A stretch of 64,000 nucleotides of DNA from an uncultured delta proteobacterium. GTDB lineage: Bacteria; Myxococcota_A; Polyangia; Polyangiales; Polyangiaceae. The translations under genes were made by a program, and so were the position numbers. The stretch is from NCBI GenBank assembly GCA_963716725.1, contig CAVQUB010000001.1:64001-128000 (forward strand). Direction: 5' to 3'. How positions within the stretch are numbered: the stretch's first letter is position 1; each line of letters starts with the position of its first letter. The notes beneath the pieces were generated by a model. It was not told the origin of the DNA, made no database searches, and saw only the letters and a list, made by a program, of their open reading frames with translations. Of this stretch, positions 62,702 to 64,000 are shown piece by piece.

Positions 62702-63532
62702 TTACAGGTTGAAGTTGTCCACTACGGAGCTACCCGACACAGCTAGCGAGGAGTAGGCGTACACTTTCACTCGCGCGTAGTTGAACTTCGCGGGCGTGGC
62801 TTCGCTGCGGATGGTTTTCCATGTGAGCCCGTCGCTCGATCCGAGGATGGTGGTGATCCCTGCGTGACTCGAGATCCGCCACCAGCGAAACTTGCTCTCA
62901 TCGAGTCCTGACGCGACCGTCTTGCCGCCTACATTCGTCTGCAAGTTGTCTTTGATTAGGTTGATCTCGACGCTGTCACTTCCAGTGGAATCTTGCGGGA
63001 TGACCACTAGATTCGTCGATACCGACGCGTTCGAGACGGGAGAAACGACCTGAAGTGAGACATAGCAGTCGGTTAGGTCCTTCAGTTTGGTTTGAAACCC
63101 CGACTCCCCAGCGGTGGCTGGCAACTGCATCGAGAGCACGCCGTTCTTCTCGATCAGCGCCCCGGTGCCGACCTTCGTCAACGCAGGGTCGAGGACTCCG
63201 TTTTCGAAGTCGTCCGAACCCACGTTGCAGGGAGAAATCGATACACCCGCGTCACCGTCGGAGTCCGCTTCGACGTCAACGTCCCCAGCATCGCTCGCGT
63301 CCAATCCGCCCGTGCCTCCGCCATCTACGCCCCCAATGCCGCCGGACGCGCCCACGCCGCCGGACGCGCCCACGCCGCCGGACGCGCTCACGCCGCCGGA
63401 CGCGCCGACTCCGCTGGCCCCGCCAGAGACAGCGCCGCCGAGCGACGGTCCCGCGTCAAGTTCGGGTTTACCCTCGCTCAGGTAGGAGAGGTTGCAACCA
63501 ACCAGGATGAGGCAGCCCACGACGCTTCGCAC
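62702..63532 (-). CDS. lipoprotein with Gly linker and beta-sandwich (lectin-like) domain
   Basis: LILVGC lipobox, GGVGAS repeats, DDFENG...SSDGLTW...VDNFNL; start approximate. Confidence 0.75.
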   Translation of the reverse strand: MRSVVGCLILVGCNLSYLSEGKPELDAGPSLGGAVSGGASGVGASGGVSASGGVGASGGVGASGGIGGVDGGGTGGLDASDAGDVDVEADSDGDAGVSISPCNVGSDDFENGVLDPALTKVGTGALIEKNGVLSMQLPATAGESGFQTKLKDLTDCYVSLQVVSPVSNASVSTNLVVIPQDSTGSDSVEINLIKDNLQTNVGGKTVASGLDESKFRWWRISSHAGITTILGSSDGLTWKTIRSEATPAKFNYARVKVYAYSSLAVSGSSVVDNFNL

Positions 63533-64000
63533 TGTTGGCGCAAGGTTAGCACAATCGCCGCCATGGCTTCGCCGCACCGAAGGCAACAGGAAGCACCCCA
63601 ACTCGTTCGCGCCGCCCGCCGTCCCGGTGCCGTGACGTACGCGGGTGGACAGGTGATATCGTAGCGAACAGGGTTTGCCGCAGTGCCTTCGACGCGGCTG
63701 CAAGAGATCCTCCTGCGTTGTCTATGGAGCGCAGCATGATGTTGTTCGGTTCCCGGCGGGGTCGCAGCTGTCGACTGACGTTGACGGCGTGAACCAGGGG
63801 ACGACACTGCGTCAACTCCCGGGTGTCACCCGGGGGGGACAGTCCCTTGCCCGCGGCGATCCGTCCTGGCATGCCTCATGCACATCCGGCCCGCTGTCCA
63901 ATGATGACTAGGGAGCGAGCATCCGGGATGGCACGACACGGCCGACAGGTTTCCGGTGGTTTGCTGGCAGTGGCTTTGTTTTCGGAAAAGCGCGTCGCCA

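Noticed and set aside
63929..63944. Sigma54 promoter TGGCACGACACGGCCG
   Set aside because: Good -24 element but no GC at the -12 position, and the downstream gene is outside the window.

Overview
High-GC window whose gene content points to a myxobacterium (Polyangiales/Sorangiineae-like): Hanks Ser/Thr kinases, FHA-sigma54 activators, many Gly-linker lipoproteins and an AgmX/PglI-like domain. The taxon is an inference. Main observations: (1) A selenoprotein missed by the ORF track: a peroxiredoxin-like protein at 8348-8911 with an in-frame TGA in a UxxC motif and a SECIS-like hairpin. It heads an arsS radical-SAM / fused double-transferase (arsenosugar-type) operon that faces a VTT-flavoprotein reductase fusion. 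(2) A sigma54 regulon readable from the DNA: two pairs of divergent -24/-12 promoters, each pair sharing a tandem TGC-N7-GCA enhancer, around an NtrC-type two-component system. (3) Two paralogous copies of an uncharacterised module (membrane Ser/Thr kinase + Cys-rich exported partner + FHA-sigma54 activator + sigma54-driven lipoprotein cargo); one copy carries PL14-like and GH16-like enzymes. (4) A MenA1-like antitoxin with a truncated MenT1-like toxin. (5) A 20-bp duplication of the hutU 3' end bracketing a 2.1-kb islet. (6) Many IS remnants (IS66, rve/IS3-IS481-like, IS91, ISAs1, ExeA-type) and a monomeric icd with three +1 frameshifts. No rRNA, tRNA or CRISPR array was seen. All family calls come from motif recognition by eye, not from database searches.
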